DNA from: the human T2T-CHM13v2.0 reference genome, Homo sapiens | Length of the DNA stretch: 64,000 nucleotides | Direction: 5' to 3' (one strand) | NCBI RefSeq assembly: GCF_009914755.1 | Contig: NC_060930.1 | Translations under genes and position numbers: made by a program | Shown: piece by piece, positions 1 to 14,724 of the stretch | How positions within the stretch are numbered: the stretch's first letter is position 1 | Layout of the letters: each line of letters begins with the position of its first letter | The notes under the pieces: model-generated | Seen by the model: the letters and a program-made list of their open reading frames with translations, nothing else | Database searches by the model: none | What the model was told of the DNA's origin: nothing

Positions 1-496
1 TGTCCCCGCTGGCTGCTGTGGCGCTCGGCTCTGGGAGAGGCCCGTGCTGCTTTTCCTGCGCGACACCAGCAGGAGTGATGTGGAGGAGAGGCTGACAGGC
101 TCAGAAAGTGAGGGACGGGCTCCATCCAAATCGATGGGCAGTGAAGATTGGCATGGGGCTGAGAGCCCAGGACAGCTGCACAGGGACCACACTGACCACG
201 GCACCCACTCAGCATTTTCCCTCGTGGGCCAGGATGCTTATCCTCCTCTGAAGGGAACCCTGTCAGTGCTGACCATCTTTTACCAGGTATTGGAGGATGC
301 TTAGCAAAATCCTTTGACCAAAGGCTCGACATTCACAGATTCTAGACGTTCCTATGAAAATACCTACTTATTTCCACTGGACTGAACTCTGATTAAAATA
401 AAAACAAGGACACCAGGAAAGACTACACAAAGCCTGTATGCCCCATAGTTGCCTCGGAGAACCCAGGAATCATGCAGGTGGGCCTGGGGAAGCCCA

Positions 497-1040
497 ATGT
501 GTGTGACACCATGTGGGGCTGGCGCATCCCTGCTCTGACATGTGTGTATCCCTGCCGTGATGTGTGGGGCTGGCACGTCCCTGCTGTGACATGTGTGACA
601 CCACGTGGGGCCGGCGTGTCCCTGCTGTGATGTGTGTGACACCATGTGGGGCCGGCACGTCCCTGCTGTGACATGTGTGACACCACGTGGGGCCGGCGTG
701 TCCCTGCTGTGACATGTGTGACACCACGTGGGGCCGGCGTGTCCCTGCTGTGACATGTGTGACACCACGTGGGGGCCGGCGTGTCCCTGCTGTGATGTGT
801 GTGACACCACGTGGGGCCGGCGTGTCCCTGCTGTGACATGTGTGTATCCCTGCCGTGATGTGTGACACCATGTGAGGCCGGCGTGTCCCTGCTGTGACGT
901 GTGTATCTCAGCCATGGTGTGCGACCCCACACGGGGGCTGGTGTGTCACTGCTATGACGTGTGTGACACCACGCGGGGGCCAGTGTGTCCCTGCTGTGAC
1001 CTGTGCGACACCATGCAGGTGCTGGCATGTCCCAGCCATG
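497..1040. repeat. 41-bp minisatellite (~13 units, degenerate ends)
   Basis: Unit gtgacaccacgtggggccggcgtgtccctgctgtgacatgt; the core recurs at 601, 642, 683, 724, 765 (period 41). Confidence 0.95.
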
Positions 1041-1659
1041 TGTCAGGCCACTGCTGTCTGTCAGTATCACCCCAGAAGCTCAGCATGAAGACAGCATGGC
1101 TGCCTGAATTTATAGATGAGAAAATGAGGCTCAGCGTGGTGATCACCTTATGAAATCATGGGATACGATTTAAATGAGGGTTGGAGGAGGCATTTGAACA
1201 GTGTCACTGAGAACGTGGCATGACGCTGTGTCTGACCAGCAAATGCGAAGGTTTTATGTGGCTTGTGGACCCGTTTCAGGCTCTCCTGAGAGACGGTACC
1301 TGGGAGCAGTGGCCTGAAGCACCTCCTGGGGCCTCTAAGTCCCGTATCGAGTGGCCGGCGCCATGTCCCATCACTCAGGGTCTCCTTTAAGTGCCGAACT
1401 TCACTGAGTCTGCAGCACTGTGGATTCAAAGACAGTCTGTTATTTTATGTTCCACTAAGAAAGAAAATACACTGCCAAGTACACTAAAGCAGAATGCTTC
1501 TTTCTGATTTGGAAGTTTTATTTTATATTTATTTAAAGGGTTCTTTCAATGTATTTTGTGGAATATCTACATGTATATCTACATACATCTATCTATTTAT
1601 ACATAGACTTGTATTATATATTATTGTTTTGAAATCACAGGAAGGACAGTGAAAGCGAA

Positions 1660-2016
1660 CAGTCTTGGTGAATTCGGGTTTCTATAACAAGCTACCATTA
1701 ACCGGGTGGTTTATAAAAATCAGAAATTCATTTCCCATAGTTCTAGGGGCTGGAAGTCCAAGCCCAGGACAGCAGAATTATGGGGTTCTTGTGAGGCCCC
1801 TCTGCGAGGTTGCAAATGGCGCCTTCTCACTGTGTCTTTATGTGGTGGAGGGGAGAAGATCTCTGAGGTCCCTTTTGTAAGGGCGCTAACCCCATTCACC
1901 AGGGCTTCACTCTCATGACCCCATCACCTCCCCAAGACCCCACCTCCTCGCCCATTGATATGGGGTGAGGATTTTAGTATTGGGATTTGGGGGAACACAA
2001 ACATGCAGACCATACC
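1660..2016 (-). mobile_element. MaLR LTR, MLT1A-like
   Basis: Contains gttctaggggctggaagtccaag and catgaccccatcacctccccaagaccccacctc, and ends ggaacacaaacatgcagaccata, matching antisense MLT1A/MST-type LTRs. Confidence 0.8.
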
Positions 2017-3549
2017 GTTGAGTGAATCCATTAGGGTATTACGAACACACATTTACATTCAGAGTACAATAGTGTCATGAATGCCCATGGCTTTCCAGGT
2101 AACCATGGCTATGGGCCCTGAAAGAGCGTTTAAGATCCAGTGTTTCTCAGCGGAGGAGCCGCCACTGCAGCTCCAACATCCTCCCCGCCACCGACGCCGG
2201 CTCTGTGAGTTTCAATGCTTCGGATTTCTGGTGCTAGAAGCAGGCATCCCTTTCAGCAATAGCGAGGAATCTGATGCCTTCCTGGTTTGGGCCTTGGAAG
2301 CTTTGCTGACTGCAACATCTACGGGTTGCACCTGTTCAGCCAGGCCACCAGGAATAACCCCCAAGAGCTGCCTGTCCAGCGAGCTACAGCAGACCTGGCG
2401 GAACAGTCTCCATACGGGAAATAAGAGGCCTTGCCTGTGAAGTGCACCCTAACACGTGGGGGACGATAAGAGATGGAAAATTGTGTATCCCAGGACCGAA
2501 GACGTATGGTCACTCAGGACCCACTAAAGCTGATATTTTATCAGGAGCAAAAATAGAAAATGAGACATTATTCCAATTGTATTTTATATAATACAAACTG
2601 CTGGGAACATGTGGGAACTTGCACATTTGGGATGTCCTCTGCCAGGTCTTTGGCCTTTTGTTTTTGGGGTGTATGTAAAATCTAAGTCATCATCGTTAGG
2701 GAACTGGACACCTCAGCCTCTCTCTATCTGGTTCTGTTGTCAAGAAAGCCGTGGAAAAGGTAAAATCTTAGGGCGTGAGGGGCCTGAGGGTTCCGTGAGT
2801 GAGGTGTGAATGAGCTGGTGCCTACACACATTGCTGGTGGTGAAGCAACAGCAAACAGTCACCTCGGGGGCTGTTCATCCTCCAGCAGTGACACTGTGAC
2901 CCGTGACCACTGCACAGGGTTCCATGTAAGAAAAAGCATCCAGGCAGAGGCCCTGGTGAGCCGTTGGATAGTCAACATTCGCTTGGAGAAGTTTGCTACA
3001 CTCAGGCCAGACCAACTGCTAGAAGCAACTGCCTGGCTACATTTTTGTTTTTATGTTTGGAAAGACAAAGGTAAAGCCGTGGGGAGCGAGATCGGTCTGG
3101 ATAAGGCCCAGATCCTCAAGAACAGACCCCAGGAGTGTCAGGGGAGAAGGATGTGTGAGTTAACGTCGCTGTGATGCAAGCTGCCGTCTCATTCTGCACA
3201 AGGTGAAAAGGGCGGAGTGAATCACTGAAGCCACTTAGGAGCCTTTTGTCTGGGAAAAAACAAAATCGGTCTGTTCAGTAGACTGACCCTTGACAGTCTA
3301 GAGAGAAAATGTGTCTGCAGCTGCAGTATTCTGCGTGAGTTCCTCACACAGGGCTTCCCAATTAATGTTGCTGATTGACTGATCAAAAAACCATCTGGCA
3401 CAGATGCTCTTACTGCACACTCGATGAGCGGCTGCTTCTTCCTCGCCCTTCCTCAGCCTGAGGAACTGCACAGAGCTTTCTTCTAGATTTGTTCTTTCGG
3501 AAGACAAGAAACCACCCTGTGGAGAGATGTCTATCCGATCACTGCACAT

Positions 3550-3937
3550 CGTATTAGTCCATTCTCATGCTGCTATAAGGATATATCTAAGACTGGGTAA
3601 TTTATAAATAAAAGAGGTGTAATTGACTCACAGTGCAGCATGGCTGGGGAAGCCTCAGGAAACTTAACAATCACGGCAGAAGGAGAAGCAAACACATCCT
3701 TCTTCACATGGCAGCAGCAAGGAGAAGGGCCAAAGCACTGAGCAAAATGGGAGAAAGCCCCTTATAAAACCATCAGATCTTGTGAGAACTCACTCACTAT
3801 CATGAGAACAGCATGAGGGTCACCACTCCCATGATTAAATTATCCCCCCGCCACCTTCTCCCTCCCACAACACATGGGGATTATGGGAACTACAATTCAA
3901 GATGAGATTCGGGTGGGGACACAGCAAAACCATATCA
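3550..3937 (-). mobile_element. THE1 solo LTR (THE1B/C-like)
   Basis: Runs gtattagtccattctcatgctgctataa ... gatgagattcgggtggggacacagcaaaaccatatca; full-length antisense THE1 LTR. Confidence 0.92.
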
Positions 3938-4699
3938 CACATAATAGAAAATATGTCTTAATTTACACTGGGACGTCTGTAGTGATTAAGTGTAGACACT
4001 TAACACTCACATATCACAGCAGCCATGAAATCTCATTGCACTGCACTGGCATTCACGGCGCCCTCATCATGTGCACATTTACCTAGGAGATGGCATTCAC
4101 CTAGGAGATTAAATTTAGACAATCATGTCCGCAAAGGGAATGCCAATCATTTGGATGTGAGAAGGTGGGTTTTGTGCTGGAGATGTCCCTCCAGCCTAAT
4201 TTTTAAATACAATCTGACAGGAAATTCAATGTATAAGTCTACGTGTGAAGGTCTGGGGCAGATGAAGCATACTTTCCTTTTCTTCAGTTCTCTGTAGCTT
4301 CTCCTTCAGGCCCTGCTGGGAGGGTGCAGCAGAGTGAAAACTATTGGTGTCCTGTGAAGAGAGTGGGAAACTTTGTTTCAGGTCCTTTAAGAAAGCACCA
4401 AGGATCCCCAGCTCTAGTTTCCCTCCAACTCTAAAATTCTAAGTACGGACTTTTTCAGAAGACAAAGACCAGACATTGGAAAACAAAAGACGTTAGAGAT
4501 GAGGTGGGTAAAGACGTAATTGTTGTTTCTTATACTTGTTTACTGACAAATACGAAGTAAACAGTTGGTAAGAGGTGATTTCTCTAGACCTCTGCAAATA
4601 TGGGATTTCACATTTAACAATCTCCTGCGCTCTTCGTATTCATGCAGTCACCCCTCAGCACATCTGCGCTGCTGGAAGAGCCAAACCTGAAACGCCGGG

Positions 4700-6495
4700 T
4701 CTGCTGATGGTGCCGGGGTCCGGCTGTTTCTCTTGTCTACTGATGGTGCCGGGGTCCGGCTGTTTCTGTTGTCTACTGATGGTGCCGGGGTCCGGCTGTT
4801 TCTCTTGTCTACTGATGGTGCCGGGGGTCCGGCTGTTTCTCTTGTCTACTGATGGTGCCGGGGGTCCGGCTGTTTCTCTTGTCTACTGATGGTGCCGGGG
4901 GTCCGGCTGTTTCTCTTGTCTACTGATGGTGCCGGGGGTCCGGCTGTTTCTCTTGTCTACTGATGGTGCCGGGGGTCCGGCTGTTTCTCTTGTCTACTGA
5001 TGGTGCCAGGGGTCCGGCTGTTTCTGTTGTCTACTGATGGTGCCGGGGGTCCGGCTGTTTCTGTTGTCTACTGATGGTGCCGGGGGTCCGGCTGTTTCTG
5101 TTGTCTACTGATGGTGCCGGGGGTCCGGCTGTTTCTCTTGTCTACTGATGGTGCCGGGGGTCCGGCTGTTTCTCTTGTCTACTGATGGTGCCGGGGGTCC
5201 GGCTGTTTCTGTTGTCTACTGATGGTGCCGGGGGTCCGGCTGTTTCTCTTGTCTACTGATGGTGCCGGGGGTCCGGCTGTTTCTGTTGTCTATTGATGGT
5301 GCTGGGGGTCCGGCTGTTTCTGTTGTCTACTGATGGTGCCGGGGGCCGGCTGTTTCTCTTGTCTACTGATGGTGCCGGGGGTCTGGCTGTTTCTCTTGTC
5401 TACTGATGGTGCCGGGGGTCCGGCTGTTTCTGTTGTCTACTGATGGTGCCGGGGGCCGGCTGTTTCTCTTGTCTACTGATGGTGCCGGGGTCCGGCTGTT
5501 TCTCTTGTCTACTGATGGTGCCGGGGTCCGGCTGTTTCTCTTGTCTACTGATGGTGCCGGGGTCCGGCTGTTTCTGTTGTCTACTGATGGTGCCGGGGGT
5601 CCGGCTGTTTCTCTTGTCTACTGATGGTGCCGGGGGTCCGGCTGTTTCTGTTGTCTATTGATGGTGCCGGGGGTCCGGCTGTTTCTGTTGTCTACTGATG
5701 GTGCCGGGGGCCGGCTGTTTCTGTTGTCTACTGATGGTGCCGGGGTCCGGCTGTTTCTCTTGTCTACTGATGGTGCCGGGGGTCCGGCTGTTTCTGTTGT
5801 CTACTGATGGTGCCGGGGGTCCGGCTGTTTCTGTTGTCTACTGATGGTGCCAGGGTCCGGCTGTTTCTCTTGTCTACTGATGGTGCCGGGGGTCCGGCTG
5901 TTTCTGTTGTCTACTGATGGTGCCAGGGTCCGGCTGTTTCTCTTGTCTACTGATGGTGCCGGGGGTCCGGCTGTTTCTGTTGTCTACTGATGGTGCCGGG
6001 GGTCCGGCTGTTTCTCTTGTCTACTGATGGTGCCGGGGTCCGGCTGTTTCTGTTGTCTACTGATGGTGCCGGGGTCCGGCTGTTTCTCTTGTCTACTGAT
6101 GGTGCCGGGGTCCGGCTGTTTCTGTTGTCTACTGATGGTGCTGGGGTCCGGCTGTTTCTGTTGTCTACTGATGGTGCCGGGGGTCCGGCTGTTTCTGTTG
6201 TCTATTGATGGTGCCGGGGGTCCGGCTGTTTCTGTTGTCTACTGATGGTGCCGGGGGCCAGCTGTTTTTCTTGTCTACTGATGGTGCCGGGGGTCTGGCT
6301 GTTTCTGTTGTCTACTGATGGTGCCGGGGGTCCGGCTGTTTCTGTTGTCTACTGATGGTGCCGGGGGTCCGGCTGTTTCTGTTGTCTACTGATGGTGCCG
6401 GGGGTCCGGCTGTTTCTGTTGTCTACTGATGGTGCCGGGGGTCCGGCTGTTTCTGTTGTCTACTGATGGTGCCAGAGGTCTGGCTGTTTCTGTTG
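4700..6495. repeat. 36/37-bp minisatellite (~48 units)
   Basis: Unit ctgatggtgccggg(g)gtccggctgtttct(c/g)ttgtcta, near-perfect, with 4- or 5-G variants. Confidence 0.98.
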
Positions 6496-6519
6496 ACTTC
6501 CTGTTTCTTCCCTTTGCAG

Positions 6520-6685
6520 CTCACCGATTTTCCAAAGTACGGACACCTGGTGTAGTTGCCCTCAGCTGTATTCAGACCTATTCAGAAACAGCTGCCTCTG
6601 ACATGCTGAAATTTACCTTTTTATCCTAACATTTCAACTGCCATTTTTAATTTTCAAAATAAACTGTGAGGTTTGATATTGTTCA
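6520..6685 (+). other. Candidate terminal exon of a non-coding transcript
   Basis: ttgac branch motif, pyrimidine tract and tttgcag acceptor (AG 6518-6519), then AATAAA at 6658-6663. Signals only; no transcript evidence. Confidence 0.3.
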
Positions 6686-7665
6686 GAGTTCACACAACAA
6701 GTCTTTCATCCTCATTAGAAATATCTCTTCAAGGCCAGAGCCTCTGTGGTTTCTCCTCCCTAACACAGACACTGAATGCCATAACTGTGTGTTTGGGAAA
6801 GCATCCTTTATAAGGGTTCCCTGTCTGTCAATTAAGAAAGTGGTTCCATGAAAACACATCCTTTGTTTTATGAGCAGAATCAGAGATTCCGGGGAGAAAC
6901 AGGACCCAGGGAGATGAGAGCTTTCAGAGATACCGGAGAGCTTGGCTGGTCTGGGTGTGAGGCCAGAGGAGGGGCCTCCCCTTCGGCATCTCAGTAGGAC
7001 CACGCCAGTCCGGCCCGACCACAGTGACCTTCAGGGGACTGACCTTGGACGGGTGTTAAACCTCCCTATTCCACAGCCCTCCCAGAGGCTCTGACTTAGT
7101 ATTTAGCAAGGGGCTGAGGGATTCTTCATTCATAGCAATGCTCCCAGGTAATAGTCGGACAGTTTCTGGAAGCACTAAATTATTGAATTGTAAGCACTCA
7201 TTTGCATCAGATGCTGTATAGGCTGCCACCTCAAAGTGTATAGAATGGGATAAAAACTAAATGAAAGTGGATTAAAACACTCTAAAAAAGTGTTGAGTTT
7301 GGGGTTGAGGCCTCAAATCAGTGATTATAAGAACAAAATTTCACTAGGATCTTAGAATAAATCCATGTTTTGACAAAGAACTTGAGAAAAGGCTGATATA
7401 AAGTAAATGCTTTGCATTTCTTCAGGATAATAATTTTGAGCAGCAATGAGTTCTGTTGAAGCAGAAGGTCTGTGAGTTTTCCCAGTGAGCTGGGGAGCTG
7501 GGCCAGAGCCCAGAGGCAGCACCCGGCCCTAGGGGGGGCCTCTCCCTGGAGACTGGCCGCCCTGCCCAACGTGGGCAGCCCTATTCGGTCACTGTCATGA
7601 AGACGTTTGCATAGTTCCTCTTCCTTTGAAGGATTTCCCTCACATGCTCTATGGAGAAATGTTTA

Positions 7666-7998
<333 letters not shown>

Positions 7999-8410
7999 TT
8001 AACCCCCATTCCCGTCCCCACTCACTTCCCCAGCTTCTCCTCATCCTGCCAAATGGAGAAGCACAGTGGCCCCACCCCAGTACAGACCCCAAGAGATTGT
8101 CAAGAACACAGAGGCTTCACAAAGCATTGCCTCAGGACCCTTGAGGGATGCGCGGCCCCTGAGCCCCTGACACACAGGGTGAGCTGGTAGGAAGCGAAGC
8201 CCGCAGGCGAGTCCTCCCCTGTCATTTCCAGGCAGGGCCTGCTCCGTTGGTCATTCCCACTGGTGGCTCAGGTGTAATACGCACTTCCAAAGAATCTCAG
8301 CCCATAGAAGAAGCTTGTCTCCCTGGAGGACAGGGTGGGTAACTGTCCAGAAACATGTGCACATGAGGTGTGGAGAGGAGGCTTTCCTGCCCAGCTTGGG
8401 ATCTGCAGGG

Positions 8411-9200
8411 GTGGGCAGAGGTGGCACAGGCCTTGTGGGCAGAGGTGGCACGGGCCTTGTGGGCAGAGGTGGCATGGACCTTGTGGGAAGAGGTGGCATG
8501 GGCCTTGTGGGCAGAGGTGGCATGGGCCTTGTGGGCAGAGGTGGCACAGGCCTTGTGGGCAGAGGTGGCACGGGCCTTGTGGGAAGAGGTGGCATGGACC
8601 TTGTGGGAAGAGGTGGCATGGGCCTTGTGGGCAGAGGTGGCACGGGCCTTGTGGGAAGAGGTGGCACGGGCCTTGTGGGCAGAGGTGGCACGGGCCTTGT
8701 GGGCAGAGGTGGCACGGGCCTTGTGCGCAGAGGTGGCACGGACCTTGTGGGCAGAGGTGGCACGGACCTTGTGCGCAGAGGTGGCATGGGCCTTGTGGGA
8801 AGAGGTGGCATGGGCCTTGTGGGCAGAGGTGGCACGGGCCTTGTGGGCAGAGGTGGCACGGACCTTGTGGGAAGAGGTGGCACAGGCCTTGTGGGCAGAG
8901 GTGGCACGGACCTTGTGGGCAGAGGTGGCACGGGCCTTGTGGGCAGAGGTGGCACGGACCTTGTGGGCAGAGGTGGCACGGGCCTTGTGGGCAGAGGTGG
9001 CACGGACCTTGTGGGAAGAGGTGGCACGGACCTTGTGGGAAGAGGTGGCATGGGCCTTGTGGGAAGAGGTGGCACGGGCCTTGTGGGCAGAGGTGGCACG
9101 GGCCTTGTGGGCAGAGGTGGCATGGGCCTTGTGGGCAGAGGTGGCACGGACTTTGTGGGCAGAGGTGGCACGGGCCTTGTGGGCAGAGGTGGCACGGGCC
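8411..9200. repeat. 24-bp G-rich minisatellite (~33 units)
   Basis: Unit gtgggcagaggtggcacgggcctt; explains the five overlapping long ORFs. Confidence 0.98.
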
Positions 9201-10274
9201 TGCCTTCAGGCCCTGGCAAGCCTCACCTGAAGTGCTCACGGCTCTCGCGCGCAGACATGGCTTCACCCCCACTGTGCACACTGGCGCTGGGCCCTGTAGG
9301 ACAATGAGGCCACCGGCCTGAGCTTCCCCACTGTCCCCACCTTGGACACCTTGGACCCCCAGCTCCACAGAGCAGGCTGCACCTGGAGCCCCAGCCCCAC
9401 TCGGTGCTAACACGTCCTCAAGGGACTGCGTTTACTTTTGTTTTCCAGTTGAGTTTTTCCTTGTGTAAAACTGAAACATTTTGTTTTGTTTTGCTTTTTT
9501 AAAATTTAAGCCAATTTTCTCTTTTTCAAACATCTGTGGATAAAGAAAATTACTTCTTAACACTTCATGAAGAACATTCATACTGTCGAAAACAACAAGT
9601 GGATTCCCACCCTAATCTCCGTGTCTTCCTGCTTCCATCCCTTCACCTCTCTTGGTGGGTTAAGCTGATTTACTGAGTCTATTTCTAGCTTAATAATTAA
9701 CCATAAACAGTGGCATTTTTCCTAAAGAAAGGAGAAGTCAGTGTCTCAAGTAGCTGTTGGGAGCAGGCCTTCATCTGGAGACCCTGAAGGGCACCTGACC
9801 TTCCCCACCACCACCTTGAGAGGGGGTGAGGACAATCAGCAGGCGTGGGGAACCCAAAAGCTTTTGCTTTGATTCACAGGTATTTCAGTTTGTTTTTAGA
9901 GAAAGCATGTAGATTTTCTTCTTAGAGTCTGCCTTTGTGTGTCAGATTCAATATCCCTAACACCATTGTTTTGGGGAGCAGAAGGAGGGAGCATCATGAA
10001 CCTGCAGAATGAGGTTATGGTGGGATTATCCCGAGAGATACAGGAGGAGGAACATGCATTTCTGCATTGAAGCAGAGTACACAGGGCTTAGGTTTCCAGA
10101 GCCCTTTTTAGGGGTGCCGTGAGAACCATGAGGATGCAGCTGAAGCCCACCTGGCCACGGGTGGCCCCACACCTTGCTCGCGGCCCAGAGCTCTCCCCCA
10201 CTTGGCTGCACCCAGTGCTAGCCGCTGACCCCTGGGGACGCAGCCAAGACAGGGCTAGTGGTCACCTTAGAATA

Positions 10275-10312
10275 GGGCAGGGGCTGGGGCTGGGGCTGGG
10301 GCTGGAATGGGG
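10275..10312 (+). repeat. (GGGGCT)n tract, potential G-quadruplex
   Basis: Four GGGG runs with 2-nt loops. Confidence 0.7.
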
Positions 10313-11761
10313 CACAGAATAACCATCCTCTTCACAGCTCAACAGGGCCTTTTGTTCTGTTTTTACATTTAATACTGTGATTCCAGTAGACATCTACCTG
10401 ATCCAAAGTTACAATGTCCCAGAGTAGTCCACAGACTGTGAATCTGAGACCTTTCACATAACCTAGCCAAACGGTTCTGAGCTGTCATGATCCAGAAAAA
10501 ATATCTTCTGAGAAAGAAAATGAAAGTGAAAGTAATCGGAGGAAAGGCCAGATAAATTTCATTTGCACAAAGCACAAGGATTCTTCCCGAAGGTTCCAGA
10601 TGGGGGGACTTCTGTTTAGGGTCTGACAGATCACAGCTCACCTGTTTTATTATGAAGCATGACTGCTCACCAGGCTCTACTGCTGAACAGGACCTGTTCC
10701 GAATTCAGACTTGGCTAGTAAAAGCTCTATAATAAAAACAATTCTTTGATGTCAAATCCTAGCACATAAAATCCCAAAATATGCTTTCACTAAGGTGAAC
10801 GAGTGAATGGTTTGGATTAACATGTGAACAGTTACAAATGTCAGAGGCTGGGAGGGATATTAACTCAACTGGAAATTTCACTCAAGCCAGGTGTCTGGTT
10901 TAAATTTGAAGAGTTGAATATATTAAATATGCTTTATTGAGCTGTCATGCATGAAATTGCATCCTTATGTATCGGACAAACATCGGATGGATTTCCCAGA
11001 AGTTTGTGGGAGACCGACAGTCTTTTGGAGACACGGAGGAGAAGACCTTGTCTCCACCCGCCTCGTGCATAGACCTAGAGCCCGGCCAAGCCTGGGGACA
11101 CCAAGTCCTAGGCAGATGCTGCCCGTGGGGCTGCTGACACCCTGGGCCAGCGGGCTTTTCCACGGAGAATGGAAACGGCCTGGACTGAAACTGCACAGGG
11201 GCAGCAGAGTCAACAGGGCAGCTGCTCTCCCTGTGGGAAGCGAAAGAGCAACTCTTACTCTCTCTGCAGAGGACATTTGGAGGGTTCTCCAGCTGCAGCC
11301 ATCACTCTTCTCTCTATTCCCGAAACAGGGAGCCCCACTGCTGGAAAGAGACAAACACAGGTGCTGTGTGGAGTGGCATGGCAGATAGAATTGAACCATA
11401 CACATCGGGATTATGACACTTTTGCCTTTTAAGATTGATATTTTTAAATCAAAATTTAAGCTACAGAATAGACAACAAAATATTTTGAGAAACAGCATTA
11501 TCGAAGATCTATTTGATGTATTAATTTATGAAATTCCATAGGAATCACCTTTTCTGCAAATACTCTCTCAATATATGGACACACATGCAAGTAAATGGTT
11601 GTGAATTCATTAATAGAACACTACCCAGCACACTTACTCATCAACTGGGCTCATTTGATCTTTCTAAGCTTCTGTTTCCATGTCTGCAAATAGGAATGAT
11701 AATAGCTCTTACCTCACAGCACAGTAGTGATGATTAACTAATATCATCTTTAGAAAACTTA

Positions 11762-12654
<893 letters not shown>

Positions 12655-13344
12655 AGATTCACTTTTATGCAGGTATAGCCATGAAACTTTTAGAGGGCTA
12701 GCTAAATGGTAGTTCCCAAAGGAACAACCTCTTTCCGGTTAGTTGCACTTGGATGCCTAAGTGCTTCTAACTCCAGGAATGGCTCAAGCGAGACAAACGC
12801 CAGCCCTGGAATCCAGGTGCCCCCTTCCCCTCCAGGAGGTCTGCACCTCAGGCTGCCTCTTGGACAGCTAGGAGCAGCGAGAGGGAGGCGTGCACCAAAC
12901 CCAGGCGTGTGGCAGTCCAGAGGGCTGTCTGTGGCAGCTGCAAAGATGGCAACCTTACCGAGAGTCACACGTGCCACTTGAGCTCGAAGCTCGGGGGCAC
13001 TGTGTGCCTGCTTCGGAGCTCCTGAACACTTAGGCTCTGTGACTCTCAACGGGACTCAAGCATTTCTCCTTCGTAGTGGAGTAGCAAACTCGTGTTAAAC
13101 TAGGCAATGCCTGTTACTAGCTGAAATTTAGTGAAGAAAACCAATTATACACAAGTTTATATATTCCATTAAATATTGCATGAAATAAAATAATGCTTTT
13201 TTGGAAGGATAAAATTTCTATATAAATGAAAAACAGTGGGGATACTTGGGATAAAAAGTGGTCAAAGCCCTAAATATCCATCACCCAGTCCAGTTCAGTG
13301 CATGCCCTCTAGAATATTCCAGATTATGATTTATGTAACCTTTT

Positions 13345-13850
13345 ATGTAAACAGTAAGATAGTGTTTCAGGCCTTGCAAGCCATATGGTCTCAGGTTTAC
13401 CTACTGAATTTTGTCAACGTAAATCACAACAAATCATAGAATTCGTAAATAAATAAGCATAGCTATGCTCCAATCAAACTTTATTTTTATTTTTTTGAGA
13501 CAAGGTCTCACTCTGTCTCCCAGGTTGGAGTGCAGTGGCCTGATCATGGCTCACAGTAGCTTCAAGCTCCTGGTCTCAAGCAATCCTCCCACCTCAGCTG
13601 GGACTACAGGCATGTGTCACCATACCTGGCTAATATTTTTTATTTTTTGTAGAGAAGTTTTCTCATTATCTCACTATGTTGGCCAGGCTAGTCTCAAATT
13701 CATGGGCTTAAGCAATCCTTCCACCTCAGCCTCTCAAAGTATTTGGGATTACAAGTGTGAGCTACTGTGCCCAGCTAAAACTTTATTTAAAAACATACAA
13801 AAATAAAAAAAATCCACAGGCAGCAGCCCATAGCCTTGCTTTGCTTAAAC
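13345..13850. mobile_element. MER58A-like hAT relic interrupted by an Alu
   Basis: ggccttgcaagccatatggtctc ... ctccaatcaaactttattt; aaactttattt is duplicated around the Alu. Confidence 0.55.
13484..13776 (-). mobile_element. AluJ
   Basis: Diverged antisense Alu with the J-type ctcaagcaatcctcccacctcagc. Confidence 0.93.
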
Positions 13851-13984
13851 CTTTCCTAGTTAAGAACTTTTTGACTGAGAAGGCTGTAGCTTCAAAATCC
13901 AAAAATTTATTCTCAAAATCTAGATGATTGAGTTTGACCATATGTTTTCCTAAAGCAGATGAGTGGATTTAATAAAATAGCAAT

Positions 13985-14715
<731 letters not shown>

Positions 14716-14724
14716 GCAGGCAGG

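Noticed and set aside
1-410. Possible terminal exon (ATTAAA/AATAAA at 392-402 on +, or a minus-strand acceptor at 352)
   Set aside because: Signals are weak, conflict in strand and are cut by the window edge; no recognisable product.
364-1153. His/Thr-rich ORFs of 64-215 aa
   Set aside because: Translations of the 41-bp VNTR; open in several frames with no gene structure.
4700-6495. CRISPR-like 36-37-bp repeats with an internal hairpin
   Set aside because: Units are head-to-tail with no unique spacers, there are no cas genes, and the DNA is primate.
8251-9413. 286-381-aa ORFs as real CDS
   Set aside because: Arise from a stop-free 24-bp unit; starts are TTG/GTG.
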